64,000 nt of DNA from Nitrospirota bacterium (GTDB lineage: Bacteria; Nitrospirota; Nitrospiria; Nitrospirales; Nitrospiraceae). Below are positions 31,437 through 41,306 of this stretch, one piece after another; positions within the stretch are counted from its first letter, which is position 1; every line of letters begins with the position of its first letter. The DNA lies in assembly GCA_963703955.1 (NCBI GenBank), contig CAVPGK010000021.1, positions 120,065 through 184,064 on the forward strand. Direction: 5' to 3'. Both the position numbers and the translations under genes were made by a program. Below the pieces are notes generated by a model, which saw only the letters and a program-made list of their open reading frames with translations, was not told where the DNA came from and searched no databases.

Positions 31437-34067
31437 TCAGCTATTCGAAGCTTCGTCCTTGAGCACTTGCTGCAGGAGCTTCAGTAGGTTCTCGGTGGTG
31501 TACGGTTTCGGAAGGAAAGGGATCGGGGTGGAACCGGCCCATTCTGACACATGTTCATTTTCCAGCAATCCACTCACCGCGATCAATTTCACAGCTGGAT
31601 TCAGGTGTTGGAGGGAGTGCACCATGGTCCGTCCGTCCATGAACGGCATCATCATGTCTGTGACCACGACGCTGATCTGCCGATGGTGCCGGACATAGAG
31701 ATCGACGGCTTTCATGCCGTCGACAGCCGTAAGCACACCATATCCGTGAGCCTCCAACGTTGCCCTGGTAAGATCAAGCACCCCGGCTTCATCGTCGACG
31801 AGCAGGATTAGCTCCCCGTGTCCCCTGGGGACCTCTGGATAGGGTTCGTTCAGGCTTTGAGATTGCAACGCTTGTTCCGCAGGGATATAGACGGTCAACC
31901 GGGTCCCGCTTCCTTCCTTGCTTTCCACGGCGACAAAACCACCGTGGCTCTTTACGATGCCGAGGACGGTTGAGAGACCGAGACCGGTGCCCTTGCTCAT
32001 CTCTTTGGTCGTAAAGAAGGGATCAAAAATCTTATCCATCGCGTGCGAAGGAATCCCCGTCCCAGTATCAACCACGGAAATCGAGACGTACGGCCCCGGA
32101 CTGGCGTCGCTGAACCGGCGTGCGAAGTCTTGGTCGACCAGGATGTTGGCGGCTTCAATCTGCAGACTACCCCCGTTCGGCATCGCATCCCGCGCGTTTA
32201 CGCAGAGATTCAGCAGGACCTGGTAGATCTGGGTAAAATCGCCGTTGATGACCCACAGATCCTGAGGTAGAAGCGTATGGATGCGGATGGCCCGGGGAAA
32301 GGTCTCTTTGAGCATTGTTTCCAGCTCCGCCACCAGATATTTCACCACCAACGGAACCCGCTCACCCTCCACGCCTCTGGCGAAGAGCAACACCTGTCTG
32401 ACCAGGTGCGCGCCTCGTCTTGCAGCAGCTTCGATGCCTTGTACCCATTGCCGACTTTCCTCGTCGAGGGACTTCATCCTTAGAAGAAGCTGCGCGGCGA
32501 CGAGCATCGGCGTGAGCACGTTGTTGATGTCATGCGCAATGCCGCCGGCCAACGTCCCGAGACTCTCCACGCGCTGAGTTTGAAGAAATCTTTTCTCCAA
32601 CAGCTTCTTGTCGGTGATATCGCCGTTCACTTTGAGAATGCAGCTCGGAGTTCCGGCCTGGTCGCGCACGAGCGTCCAATGGCTCTCGACGACGACCGCG
32701 TTCCCTCTCTTCGTGACATGGTTCATCTCCCCGCGCCATTGGCCCTCTTCTCTCAACGTCCTGTTGAATTCCTTCCATTGCGGAGGAAGGGTCACGTAGA
32801 GGATATCTTCGTCACGCTTCTCAATGATCTCCTCCGAGGTCCACCCATAGAGATCGACCGCGCCCTGGTTCCAAAACAGAATCCGTCCATCCAAATTAAC
32901 GACCAGAATCGCATCGCGCGCGACATCGAGCAGCTTGGCTTGCTGAAGAATCTTCTCCTCTGCGTGCTTGCGTTCAGTGATGTCGCGCGAGACGACCACT
33001 ACGTTGACGACAGCGCCCTCTTGATCGCGAATGACGTTTCCGAGCGATTCAACGATCCGAACACCTCCGTCTTTCCCCAGAAACCGGTATTCGGCTCTCT
33101 GCCCTACACCGGTCTGGACCGTGTCGAAGAACATGCGCTTAATGTACTCGCGGTCGTCCGGATGGACGCATTCGAATGAATCTGTTCCCACCAAGGCATC
33201 CGGATCGCCGATGAGTCTGCCGTAGGCGAGATTATTGTAGACCCTCCTCCCTTGAAGATCGAGAACGGCGATCAAATCCACGACATTGTCCATGATCAGT
33301 CGCAAAAGCTCCTGTCCTTCACGCAACGCCTTCTCGATCCGTTCCCGCTGGTAGATTTCAGTGCACAAGATGCTGTTCGCTTTGACCAGCTCCGCGGTCC
33401 GTTCTTTGACCTTGACGTCCAATTCATCGTGCGCCTGACGCACCTCCGCTTCCACTCGCCTACGCTCGGCGATCTCCGCGGTCAAATTCTCGATAAGGAC
33501 GTTCTTTTCACTTCTCAGCGTAAACGAAGTCATGACCATTTGGTGGACCCGCCGGGCGGCCAACAACATCGCGACGGTGTACACGCCTGCCATCACACCC
33601 ATCGTCACATGCAGCTCATCGCCCCAGGAGAGAAATCGAAGAGTGATTGGCAATAAGGCTGGAAGAGTGTATGCGACGTAGGCGCTCAGAAGGGGCGAAA
33701 GGACCGGGATCGCTCCGGCGGTCATCCCGCCCATCACAAACGCGAGAAAGGCTTGATGGACGAGTGAATCAAGAGGGAACATGACGATCCCCGCCGAGCC
33801 CCAGGCGATACCGGACAGCGCGGCTCCCATGATGAACCAGGCATTCCAGCGCGGAGAGTCTCGCCGCACCAGCCAGAAGCGGAGGCCGGTGATGGTCAGG
33901 ATGCAGGTTAGCCAGGTCAGCAGCACCCATGGCGCAATCACCCTCCAATGGATCAGCGTCACGAGTCCCGCATTCAGGATCGTGACGACATGCGCGATCG
34001 GGGCCATCGACGTGAGGAGTTTGACTCGTTCGTCGTGAAGCCAGCGCTGTTGGGTATCAGGCGCCAT
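31437..34067 (-). CDS. Hybrid sensor kinase: membrane domain, PAS-PAS-HisKA-HATPase-REC
   Basis: About five TM helices, VHPDDRE, AHDINNVL, NARDAM, GTGLGL, DMMMPFMDG. Confidence 0.92.
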   Translation of the reverse strand: MAPDTQQRWLHDERVKLLTSMAPIAHVVTILNAGLVTLIHWRVIAPWVLLTWLTCILTITGLRFWLVRRDSPRWNAWFIMGAALSGIAWGSAGIVMFPLDSLVHQAFLAFVMGGMTAGAIPVLSPLLSAYVAYTLPALLPITLRFLSWGDELHVTMGVMAGVYTVAMLLAARRVHQMVMTSFTLRSEKNVLIENLTAEIAERRRVEAEVRQAHDELDVKVKERTAELVKANSILCTEIYQRERIEKALREGQELLRLIMDNVVDLIAVLDLQGRRVYNNLAYGRLIGDPDALVGTDSFECVHPDDREYIKRMFFDTVQTGVGQRAEYRFLGKDGGVRIVESLGNVIRDQEGAVVNVVVVSRDITERKHAEEKILQQAKLLDVARDAILVVNLDGRILFWNQGAVDLYGWTSEEIIEKRDEDILYVTLPPQWKEFNRTLREEGQWRGEMNHVTKRGNAVVVESHWTLVRDQAGTPSCILKVNGDITDKKLLEKRFLQTQRVESLGTLAGGIAHDINNVLTPMLVAAQLLLRMKSLDEESRQWVQGIEAAARRGAHLVRQVLLFARGVEGERVPLVVKYLVAELETMLKETFPRAIRIHTLLPQDLWVINGDFTQIYQVLLNLCVNARDAMPNGGSLQIEAANILVDQDFARRFSDASPGPYVSISVVDTGTGIPSHAMDKIFDPFFTTKEMSKGTGLGLSTVLGIVKSHGGFVAVESKEGSGTRLTVYIPAEQALQSQSLNEPYPEVPRGHGELILLVDDEAGVLDLTRATLEAHGYGVLTAVDGMKAVDLYVRHHRQISVVVTDMMMPFMDGRTMVHSLQHLNPAVKLIAVSGLLENEHVSEWAGSTPIPFLPKPYTTENLLKLLQQVLKDEASNS

Positions 34068-34403
34068 TAGGTGGAATCAGGTCTTGGAGGGACCTCCCAT
34101 AGGCCTTATTCGGGGGTGGTGGTGGAGTCTACCGAATATCTCATGTGAAAGAAAGTGGGTGGTACGGACAACTAAATTTCTCTCATGACCTTCCGTGTTC
34201 CTGGAGCCGAGTTTGAAGGACGGGCGGAGGACCATCCTGATACGGCGGCATTGTGTGCTGGGCGGAAGCCCGGTCGTCTCGATCCCATAGACGACCGATC
34301 CTCAACTTATGCCCTAGGCGTTCCTGAGGTCGGCGGAAAAGCCGTTGGTTCACAAGAGCGGTCGTCTCACACAACGGGACGCTCGGAGTCACAGTCAATT
34401 AGA

Positions 34404-35357
34404 TCAGCGATGAACCCGAAGAACGGGGCCCACCCAGTACCAGGGATCGGGACCGGCTTCAGCCTTGTGCGAGAGATGGGCGACATACCAGAAGACAATG
34501 TCCCTTTCTTGTATGTCATCATTGTCTTTGTATCCTAGATGGCCCCGTGCTCCGAACGGCCAGGGCTCGTCTTCGACCGTGTTTTGCCGCCGCACAGCCA
34601 CGTCCTTGTCAGAAAACGCGTCCGCCGTACCATCGTCCGTTCCAGGCACAACCCATACGCCGTGCCCGGTCGGCTGGTCACGCGCGTACCAGACACGATT
34701 CGCCGAGGATTTCTTAACGATGTCCCGTTCGTTCGTGTACTTGTGCCAGCCTGGTCCCCACCCTTCGTCCGGGCCGCCGTCATCATGGACAAACACCTGG
34801 TCCGAGTCATCGCCGTCGATGTCGAAATCAAGCCGCCAGTACGGATGGTGGCTATGGTCGATCTTGCAGGAGAGTCCCTTGCTTTGCACGAGCGCTTGAA
34901 TCTGTCCCTCCTTGCTCAGGTACCACGCTTGATAGAGGTGATACTCCCCGATTCTGGCGTAGACGCCCAGTTCGAGCCAGTCCGTTCCACCCACGGAGTA
35001 CGATTCGTGACACACTTTTTGATTCCCGCAATTGGGAACGTTCACCATGTTGCTCCACTTAATGCGATCTTGAAATGGCCCGCACCCTTCGGCCCCACCC
35101 GTCGAAAACCAACTCCTCGGATCCCACCAGGGGCGGTCCCTCAGGTACTTGACGCGAATCACCGGCAGGCTGGCTTTGGCCAGCACCCGCTCGTTGTTGT
35201 AGGAGACGTTGATGAGCGCGATGCCGGCGAGGTCCCTCACTTCCCAGTCAAAACTCCACGGGCTCCACTCGGTATGGCCTGATTGCGGCTCGGCGAATGC
35301 CGGCGAAGCTATGAGCAGCCCGCACAGGGCTAGGATGACACAATAGGTGCTCCGCAT
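34404..35357 (-). CDS. Secreted protein resembling a shortened copper amine oxidase catalytic domain
   Basis: Signal peptide ..ASPAFA|E. ASLPVIRVKY, RIGEYHLYQAWYL..G, HSHHPYWRLDFDIDG and DIVFWYVAHLSH occur in CAO order. Confidence 0.7.
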   Translation of the reverse strand: MRSTYCVILALCGLLIASPAFAEPQSGHTEWSPWSFDWEVRDLAGIALINVSYNNERVLAKASLPVIRVKYLRDRPWWDPRSWFSTGGAEGCGPFQDRIKWSNMVNVPNCGNQKVCHESYSVGGTDWLELGVYARIGEYHLYQAWYLSKEGQIQALVQSKGLSCKIDHSHHPYWRLDFDIDGDDSDQVFVHDDGGPDEGWGPGWHKYTNERDIVKKSSANRVWYARDQPTGHGVWVVPGTDDGTADAFSDKDVAVRRQNTVEDEPWPFGARGHLGYKDNDDIQERDIVFWYVAHLSHKAEAGPDPWYWVGPVLRVHR

Positions 35358-35436
35358 CGGTTTTTTCTCCTTTCTCCCACTCACACCCGCACAGCCCCAA
35401 GCGCGGTGCATAGATACATGCGCCCCTTCTTTAAGG

Positions 35437-36195
35437 TCACGGCACGGGACCGGCATCCAGAACCTTCTGATCGATGAGGTCAACGGCCGCTGAGAAGAGC
35501 GGGTTACCCGAGTCTCCGCGCGCGAAGGTGACCCAGAGCACCCGATGGCCATAGCCGGGTCGTCCTTCCTCGATCGAAGTGAGGATCGCATGACCTGTCA
35601 GCCCTTGAACGGCGTTCTGTAGGCGGCTATCGCTCTTGGCAAGATCAATTGCGGTCTGAATCTCTTCATCCCCTTCGGGCGGTTCATATCCCGGCCTTGC
35701 ATAGGCGCTTTCCACCTCCTGCCCTCTCATCCGGACCTCGACCGCCATGTTCTTGCTATAACTAAAATACGTGAGCCGTGTGCGCAATAATTCGGGTGCC
35801 GGGGTCACATTCTTGCCGGGCATAATCGTCTCCGTGCTGATGTGAGTAAATCGCGCTCCGAGCAGATCGCGGACACGCCGGTCTTGCAGGGCTCCCTGCT
35901 GCATCTCGGCCTCGCGGGCAGCGGACACGGCCATGGCCGGTGCGGTCATCGTGACTGACGCCACGTTCGTCCGACCCTTGGGCTTCAGGGGCCATCCTTC
36001 GGGCGATGCGTCGAAGTCCAGCTTCTGCACCGGAGGGGCCTTTCCTGGGAGCACCGACTTCGGCACATTCGTTTGAGGGTTTTCCGGATGGTCGTCGCCC
36101 TTGCGGCCAGGAGACAAGAGTGAACACCCGCCCGCCAATCCGAGAAGAGCCACCCCCGCCAACGCCATCCCCGTCCTGTTCAACGTGAGCTTCAT
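35437..36195 (-). CDS. Lipoprotein resembling copper amine oxidase N2/N3 domains
   Basis: Lipobox LAGGC. YFSYSKNMAVEV..PGYEPPEGDEEIQTAIDLAKSDSRL and AAVDLIDQKVL. Confidence 0.65.
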   Translation of the reverse strand: MKLTLNRTGMALAGVALLGLAGGCSLLSPGRKGDDHPENPQTNVPKSVLPGKAPPVQKLDFDASPEGWPLKPKGRTNVASVTMTAPAMAVSAAREAEMQQGALQDRRVRDLLGARFTHISTETIMPGKNVTPAPELLRTRLTYFSYSKNMAVEVRMRGQEVESAYARPGYEPPEGDEEIQTAIDLAKSDSRLQNAVQGLTGHAILTSIEEGRPGYGHRVLWVTFARGDSGNPLFSAAVDLIDQKVLDAGPVP

Positions 36196-36242
36196 ACCAT
36201 CTGTTCCTCTCCTGAAGAGACGCGCCATCTTCCAAGGTGTTC

Positions 36243-36773
36243 TTAGGCCGCCGCGAGCTTGGCCGCCACTCGGAGGGCGAATTTTGACAATTGTATCGTT
36301 GCGTCGAGGATGTCGGCCTGTCTTTTGCGCGCTTCCTTGTCCAGGCTCGCCCGGCGAAGGAGCACATTGAGTTCGTCGATTTCGCCTTCCGTGAAGGTCA
36401 CCACCATCTTCACCGTATCGTTGTACGTATTGGCCAATCCGATATAGAGGGCCGCCTGCTGAGCGTAGAGCAGCCCCACAAGATCTTCCTCATCCTGAAA
36501 CAGTTGAATCTTCTTGCCGACGTTCCCGATCTCTTCAAGGAAGAGCCGCTGCTTTTCTTTCATTTCAGTGTCGGCGGCCACCGCGAACTTCACCTGACCC
36601 GCCTCGATCTTCTCGATCAGTTCCCCCGCTTCGTCTCGTGATCCTTCGAGCTTCTTGAACAGGACCTTGAGCTTGTCCGCCGCCGTCTTGCCGGTCTCTG
36701 TAATTTCCTTGATGAGGCCATCGTTCCGTTGGAGGAATTCCGCAACCGACCCGATGCTGTTTTCAATGCTCAT
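36243..36773 (-). CDS. Hypothetical all-helical / coiled-coil protein, no signal peptide
   Basis: GGGGGA RBS, 176 aa, rich in E/K/L/A, located within the operon. Confidence 0.75.
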   Translation of the reverse strand: MSIENSIGSVAEFLQRNDGLIKEITETGKTAADKLKVLFKKLEGSRDEAGELIEKIEAGQVKFAVAADTEMKEKQRLFLEEIGNVGKKIQLFQDEEDLVGLLYAQQAALYIGLANTYNDTVKMVVTFTEGEIDELNVLLRRASLDKEARKRQADILDATIQLSKFALRVAAKLAAA

Positions 36774-36799
36774 GGTATCCCCCGTGGGCTCCTTCGTCC

Positions 36800-37504
36800 C
36801 TAATTACGCTTCACCCGTTCAAGCAGGTCGAGAAGATCCGTCGATACCGCACGTCCCCGCACAAGAGCGCTGCTCCTGACTACCCCCATACCGAGAATCT
36901 CCTCCAACGCAGCATTGACCTGCTCGGAGTGTCTTAAGACGACGTCGACGCTGCTTGAGCCACCGGGAACTTCCTGCGCGACTGCTTCTACCAACTCAGG
37001 ATCCACCGAGGCAAAGACAGACTTGTTGGCATAGTCCTGAACACGCTTGTGCAGAATCTCCAACGATTTCCACGAATCGCTCAGACGACTCTTGACCTGA
37101 TTCATGGCCGCGAAATCCTCTCGGAACTGATCCAGGACCCTCTTCTCGAGACCTTCATACTCGGCCATATGAATCGTGCCGATCAAATAGGCGACGGCTT
37201 GGGCATCGGCCCCGGTTTTCGTGGACACGTTCTGATAAGACGTGAAGATGAACGAGTGCACGGCCTCATTGGCGCGCAAGGCTTCGAAAGATTTGCTGAG
37301 GGACTGGAGCCCCTTTTCCGTCAGGATGACTCGGTCCTCGGATCCCTGTGCGACCTTCTCGTCAAAGTTCTTTCGGGCCTCTCTGATCTTGTCTCCCTCT
37401 TTCGCGATCAGATTCCGAACGCTCTTGCTGTGAATGGCCGAGCATCCAGAGAGGGCGAGCCCCGTTACCACGATCATGATCATGACTGTCCGCAATATAG
37501 ACAT
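36800..37504 (-). CDS. Hypothetical helical lipoprotein
   Basis: GGAGG RBS, MSILRTVMIMIVVTGLALSGC lipobox. Confidence 0.78.
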   Translation of the reverse strand: MSILRTVMIMIVVTGLALSGCSAIHSKSVRNLIAKEGDKIREARKNFDEKVAQGSEDRVILTEKGLQSLSKSFEALRANEAVHSFIFTSYQNVSTKTGADAQAVAYLIGTIHMAEYEGLEKRVLDQFREDFAAMNQVKSRLSDSWKSLEILHKRVQDYANKSVFASVDPELVEAVAQEVPGGSSSVDVVLRHSEQVNAALEEILGMGVVRSSALVRGRAVSTDLLDLLERVKRN

Positions 37505-37538
37505 GGCGGGTCCTCCGATCTTCCCCTGCGGGACGTTC

Positions 37539-38168
37539 TCAGCGAGACGCCTTGATAGCGTCGGCGATTTCCTTGATGTCCTCACGTCGGACGGTCACAT
37601 CGATGTCGAGGTAACCTTTCACCATTGAATGGAGTCGTCGCAACACCTCGACGTTTGTTCGGTAGTCATCGAACGGCGACAGATCGATTCGGGTGGACCG
37701 TTGATACTCCTGGTCAACCTGCTTGCTGACAGCGGTGATCAAGCTTGGAATCCTTTTGAGGATTCCCGTCGTGTCACTCTTCCCCGCTGCAAAGAGAACC
37801 TGCCCATCAGGTCCAGCTCGAGCCGGGAGACCTTGTAGCCGAATGTCGTTCACGCGAGCCGTGACTTCTGAGCCCAGGAGTTCGGCCGCCAATCCGGCAT
37901 ACTCCTGATCAGCAACGCTGGAACGCTTGGGATCGGTGGTGGCCCAGGCCAGCGCCAGGTTCAACATATGTCGAGTCGTCACATAGCGGTACCACTGTTG
38001 AAAGCGGTCATTAACGTTTCCAGCAAGTTGCCGGTACTGCTCCGCCAACTTTACATTCTCCGCATAGTGCTGATCCTTAACAGCCAGCGCTTGTTTGACC
38101 TCGACAGGTGTTGCGCAACCCACGAGCCCCCCGATACAGAGGCAAAGTGCAAGGCGAAGCAGACTCAT
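37539..38168 (-). CDS. Hypothetical helical lipoprotein
   Basis: GGAGG RBS, MSLLRLALCLCIGGLVGC lipobox. Confidence 0.78.
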   Translation of the reverse strand: MSLLRLALCLCIGGLVGCATPVEVKQALAVKDQHYAENVKLAEQYRQLAGNVNDRFQQWYRYVTTRHMLNLALAWATTDPKRSSVADQEYAGLAAELLGSEVTARVNDIRLQGLPARAGPDGQVLFAAGKSDTTGILKRIPSLITAVSKQVDQEYQRSTRIDLSPFDDYRTNVEVLRRLHSMVKGYLDIDVTVRREDIKEIADAIKASR

Positions 38169-38375
38169 GGATCACCCTCCCTGTTAGTTCGCACCTAGAC
38201 TCGTTGATGAGCGGAATGAAAATCGCTGGTCCGTATGATTCGGGCCGGCACAAGGAGATACGCGCCCTACCCAATTTGATCAATGCATGAAGCATCGGTG
38301 GCCTCTTTGTCAAGCCCCTTACTCTGCCCGTCTAAAAATACGAGAACCCTATGGCTGCGTAGATCCCTACCTCGG

Positions 38376-40199
38376 CTAGATTCGCCCCAAAGCTTTCCGG
38401 ATCGCTGCGGCGGTCTTGGCGTCGACGCCAGCCGCTTCCCGCATCTGTTCATCAGTTGCGCGGGCGATTTCATCGAGGCTGATGAACTGCTTGAGTAGAC
38501 GCTTTTTCTTCACCTCGCCGATTCCGGGAATCTCTTCGAGTCGAGAGGTCACCAGCGCCTTGCCTCTGAGCTTTCGGTGGTAGGTAATAGCAAATCGGTG
38601 GGCTTCATCCCGAATGCGTTGGAGCAGATGGGTGGCCGGCGAGGAGGCCGCCAGCACGATCGCGCCTTTTCTTCCGGGGACGAAGATCCGTTCTTCTTTT
38701 TCGCCGCGCGCTTTGGCGAGGCCGATGAGGCGCAGTCCGGTGAGTCCGAGGTTCTTGATTCCTTCCATGGCTGCGCCCAATTGACCGATCCCCCCGTCGA
38801 TGAGAATCAAATCCGGGAGTGGAAGCCCCTCGGTCTGTTCGTGCGGACTATAGCGACGAATCACCACTTCCTGCATGCTGGCGAAGTCATTCGCCCCTTC
38901 AACCGTCTTGATGCGGAATGTGCGATAGTCCGATTTCTTCGCCTGACCATCCTCCCAGACCACCATCGAGGCCACGGATTGGTTGCCCATCGTATTGGAA
39001 ATATCGAACCCTTCGATCCGTCGCGGCGGTCGCTCAAGTCGAAGCAAGCGTTTCAGTTCCTCAACCGCTTGCCGGTCGATGGCCTGGTCGCGCAGATGGT
39101 CGGATGCCGCGGCGGCGGCATTCTCCTCAGCCAGCAGAACGAGTTGGTGCTTGGCCCCGCGCTCCGGCGCGAGGATTCTTACCGCTTCGCCTTTCTTCTC
39201 CGATAGCCAGGCTTCAATCAGCGTGGCGTCAGCCAGTGGCGTGGGAACGAGCAGTTCCTTCGGTGGAAGTACGTCTTTGTTGTAGAACTGCTCGACTGCC
39301 GACCGGACCAATTCTTCATCCGAGGTCTCCGCCCCTTCCGACAAGAAGAAATCCTTGCGTCCGATGAGGAGCCCTCCTCGAACGAAGAGCATCTGCAGGT
39401 CCACCGCCTTGCCTTGGCGGGCCAGGCCGATGACGTCCTGATCCGTGAAGCTGGTTTGCGCGACCCGCTGCTTTTCGAGCGCCCGCTCGACCTTGAAAAT
39501 CCGGTCCCGCAACCGCGCGGCTTCTTCGAAATCCTCGCGGTCGGCGGCGGCCTGCATGTCGGCCCGCAAGCCTTCCAACAATTCAGTATCTCGCCCCTCC
39601 AGGAACATCCTGACCTGCTTGACGATATGGTGATACTCCTCCCGGTTCTGATTCCCGATACAGGGGGCCATGCACCGCTTAATTTCAAACTCAATGCAGG
39701 CGCGCTCCGCCGTCCCATCAATCTCGATGTCACACGTGGCCAGCGGAAAAACCTTGCGAATCACCCGTAAGGTTTCCCGCATTGCGCCGGCCGGTACATA
39801 GGGACCGTAGTAGAGCGCGCCGTCTTTCTGCACGCGACGCACGACGGACAAGCGCGGAAAATTCTCCTTCACCGGAAACCGGATGTACGGGTATTGCTTA
39901 TCGTCACGGAGCACGATGTTGAACCGCGGGCGGTGCCGCTTGATCAGGTTGCTCTCGAGGATCAGCGCTTCCAGTTCCGATCGAGTCACAATCGTCTCGA
40001 TATCAGTGACCTGACTGATCAAAAGCGCGGTTTTCGGCGGGTGGTCGCTGCCTTTCTGGAAATAGGATCGCACGCGATCCACCAGCGCTCGCGCCTTGCC
40101 GATATACAGGATCTCCCCCCGCGCGCTCTTCATCAGATACACGCCGGGCTGCTCGGACAGATGATCGAGCTTGGACAGGAGTTCGGCTGAAGGAATCAT
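38376..40199 (-). CDS. uvrC: Excinuclease ABC subunit C
   Basis: PGVYLMK..LYIGKA (GIY-YIG), RIEGFDISN, DLILIDGG, RDEAHRFA, HhH IPGIG. Confidence 0.97.
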   Translation of the reverse strand: MIPSAELLSKLDHLSEQPGVYLMKSARGEILYIGKARALVDRVRSYFQKGSDHPPKTALLISQVTDIETIVTRSELEALILESNLIKRHRPRFNIVLRDDKQYPYIRFPVKENFPRLSVVRRVQKDGALYYGPYVPAGAMRETLRVIRKVFPLATCDIEIDGTAERACIEFEIKRCMAPCIGNQNREEYHHIVKQVRMFLEGRDTELLEGLRADMQAAADREDFEEAARLRDRIFKVERALEKQRVAQTSFTDQDVIGLARQGKAVDLQMLFVRGGLLIGRKDFFLSEGAETSDEELVRSAVEQFYNKDVLPPKELLVPTPLADATLIEAWLSEKKGEAVRILAPERGAKHQLVLLAEENAAAAASDHLRDQAIDRQAVEELKRLLRLERPPRRIEGFDISNTMGNQSVASMVVWEDGQAKKSDYRTFRIKTVEGANDFASMQEVVIRRYSPHEQTEGLPLPDLILIDGGIGQLGAAMEGIKNLGLTGLRLIGLAKARGEKEERIFVPGRKGAIVLAASSPATHLLQRIRDEAHRFAITYHRKLRGKALVTSRLEEIPGIGEVKKKRLLKQFISLDEIARATDEQMREAAGVDAKTAAAIRKALGRI

Positions 40200-40356
40200 A
40201 AAGCTACCAGCTTTCAGCGATCGGTCCACCGGCAATGGGGATCGACCATCAAGATTTCTCAGCCTGACTATTGTACGGTGTGCAAGTGAGGAGGGGCAAC
40301 TTGGAGATGCGGCGCGCAGCCTGAGAGCTGACGGCTGATCGCTGAGGGCTCCTTGT

Positions 40357-41235
40357 TCAGCGAAGCGTTCGGACGAAGGAGGGGCTGAGGGTTCCCCGAG
40401 CCACTTCGGCGACGGGCCCCTGCATGGTGAGATTGAAATCCCGATCGACCTCAATGCGGATAGTGCCGCCGGGAGCCTTCACCGCCACCGGGCTTTTGAC
40501 CAGCCCGAGTCTCACAGCGGCGCTGGCCGCCGCGCAGGACGACGACCCGGACGCCTGCGTCTCGCCCGCCCCTCGCTCCCAAATGAGGATAAAGATTTCC
40601 CGCGGCCCGGTCGGCACCGTGAGCTGGACATTGACCCGTTTGGGAAAGATGGGATGGCGCTCCAATTGGGGCCCCAACTCCAACAGCTCCTCTCTCGTCC
40701 ATCGCTGCCCTTTCGGTCTGAACAGCACGCAGTGAGGATTGCCGACACTGACGCCGGTGAACCGCAAGCGCTTACCCGCGACCGCGATCGGTTGGTCGAT
40801 GAGTTCTCCGACCTTCAGGGAACACGGCAAGGCTTGCGGTCTGAACGTGGCCTTTCCCATCTCCACGGTGACGTCGGCGGCATCGCCATGTCGATCAAGA
40901 TGCATCTCGATGTGGACAAGTCCGCCCTTGGTTTCGACGGTGAAGCGCTTCCGCTTCGTCTTCCCGGTGGCATGGAGGTAGCGCGCGAAGATCCGCAGAC
41001 CGTTCCCTGACTTTTCGGCTTCGCTTCCGTCAGGGTTGTAGATCCGTAATCCGAAATCGGCCAGCTTGGAAGGAACCAGCGCGAGGATGCCATCGCTCCC
41101 CACTCCTCGATGGCGGTCACAGATGGCCCGGATAGAGGATGGAGAGAGACGGACGCTGATCTCCTTATGGTCCATCACTACGTAGTCGTTCCCGAGACCG
41201 TGACCTTTGAAGAACTCGTTTCTTATCTTTCTCAC
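40357..41235 (-). CDS. dapF: Diaminopimelate epimerase
   Basis: FFKGHGLGNDY, GVGSDG, YNPDGSEAEKSGNG, GNPH, WERGAGET. Confidence 0.9.
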   Translation of the reverse strand: MRKIRNEFFKGHGLGNDYVVMDHKEISVRLSPSSIRAICDRHRGVGSDGILALVPSKLADFGLRIYNPDGSEAEKSGNGLRIFARYLHATGKTKRKRFTVETKGGLVHIEMHLDRHGDAADVTVEMGKATFRPQALPCSLKVGELIDQPIAVAGKRLRFTGVSVGNPHCVLFRPKGQRWTREELLELGPQLERHPIFPKRVNVQLTVPTGPREIFILIWERGAGETQASGSSSCAAASAAVRLGLVKSPVAVKAPGGTIRIEVDRDFNLTMQGPVAEVARGTLSPSFVRTLR

Positions 41236-41306
41236 GTGTGAGGCGCGCCGTAAGGAATAATCGGGTGCGGATTATAGCGAGACCGGACCAAATTTGTAAG
41301 GGATGG

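Noticed and set aside
40200..40454. N-terminal extensions on uvrC (likewise 31084-31173, 35358-35591, 37505-37585)
   Set aside because: They overlap neighbouring genes or look non-coding. Downstream starts match family N-termini or signal peptides.
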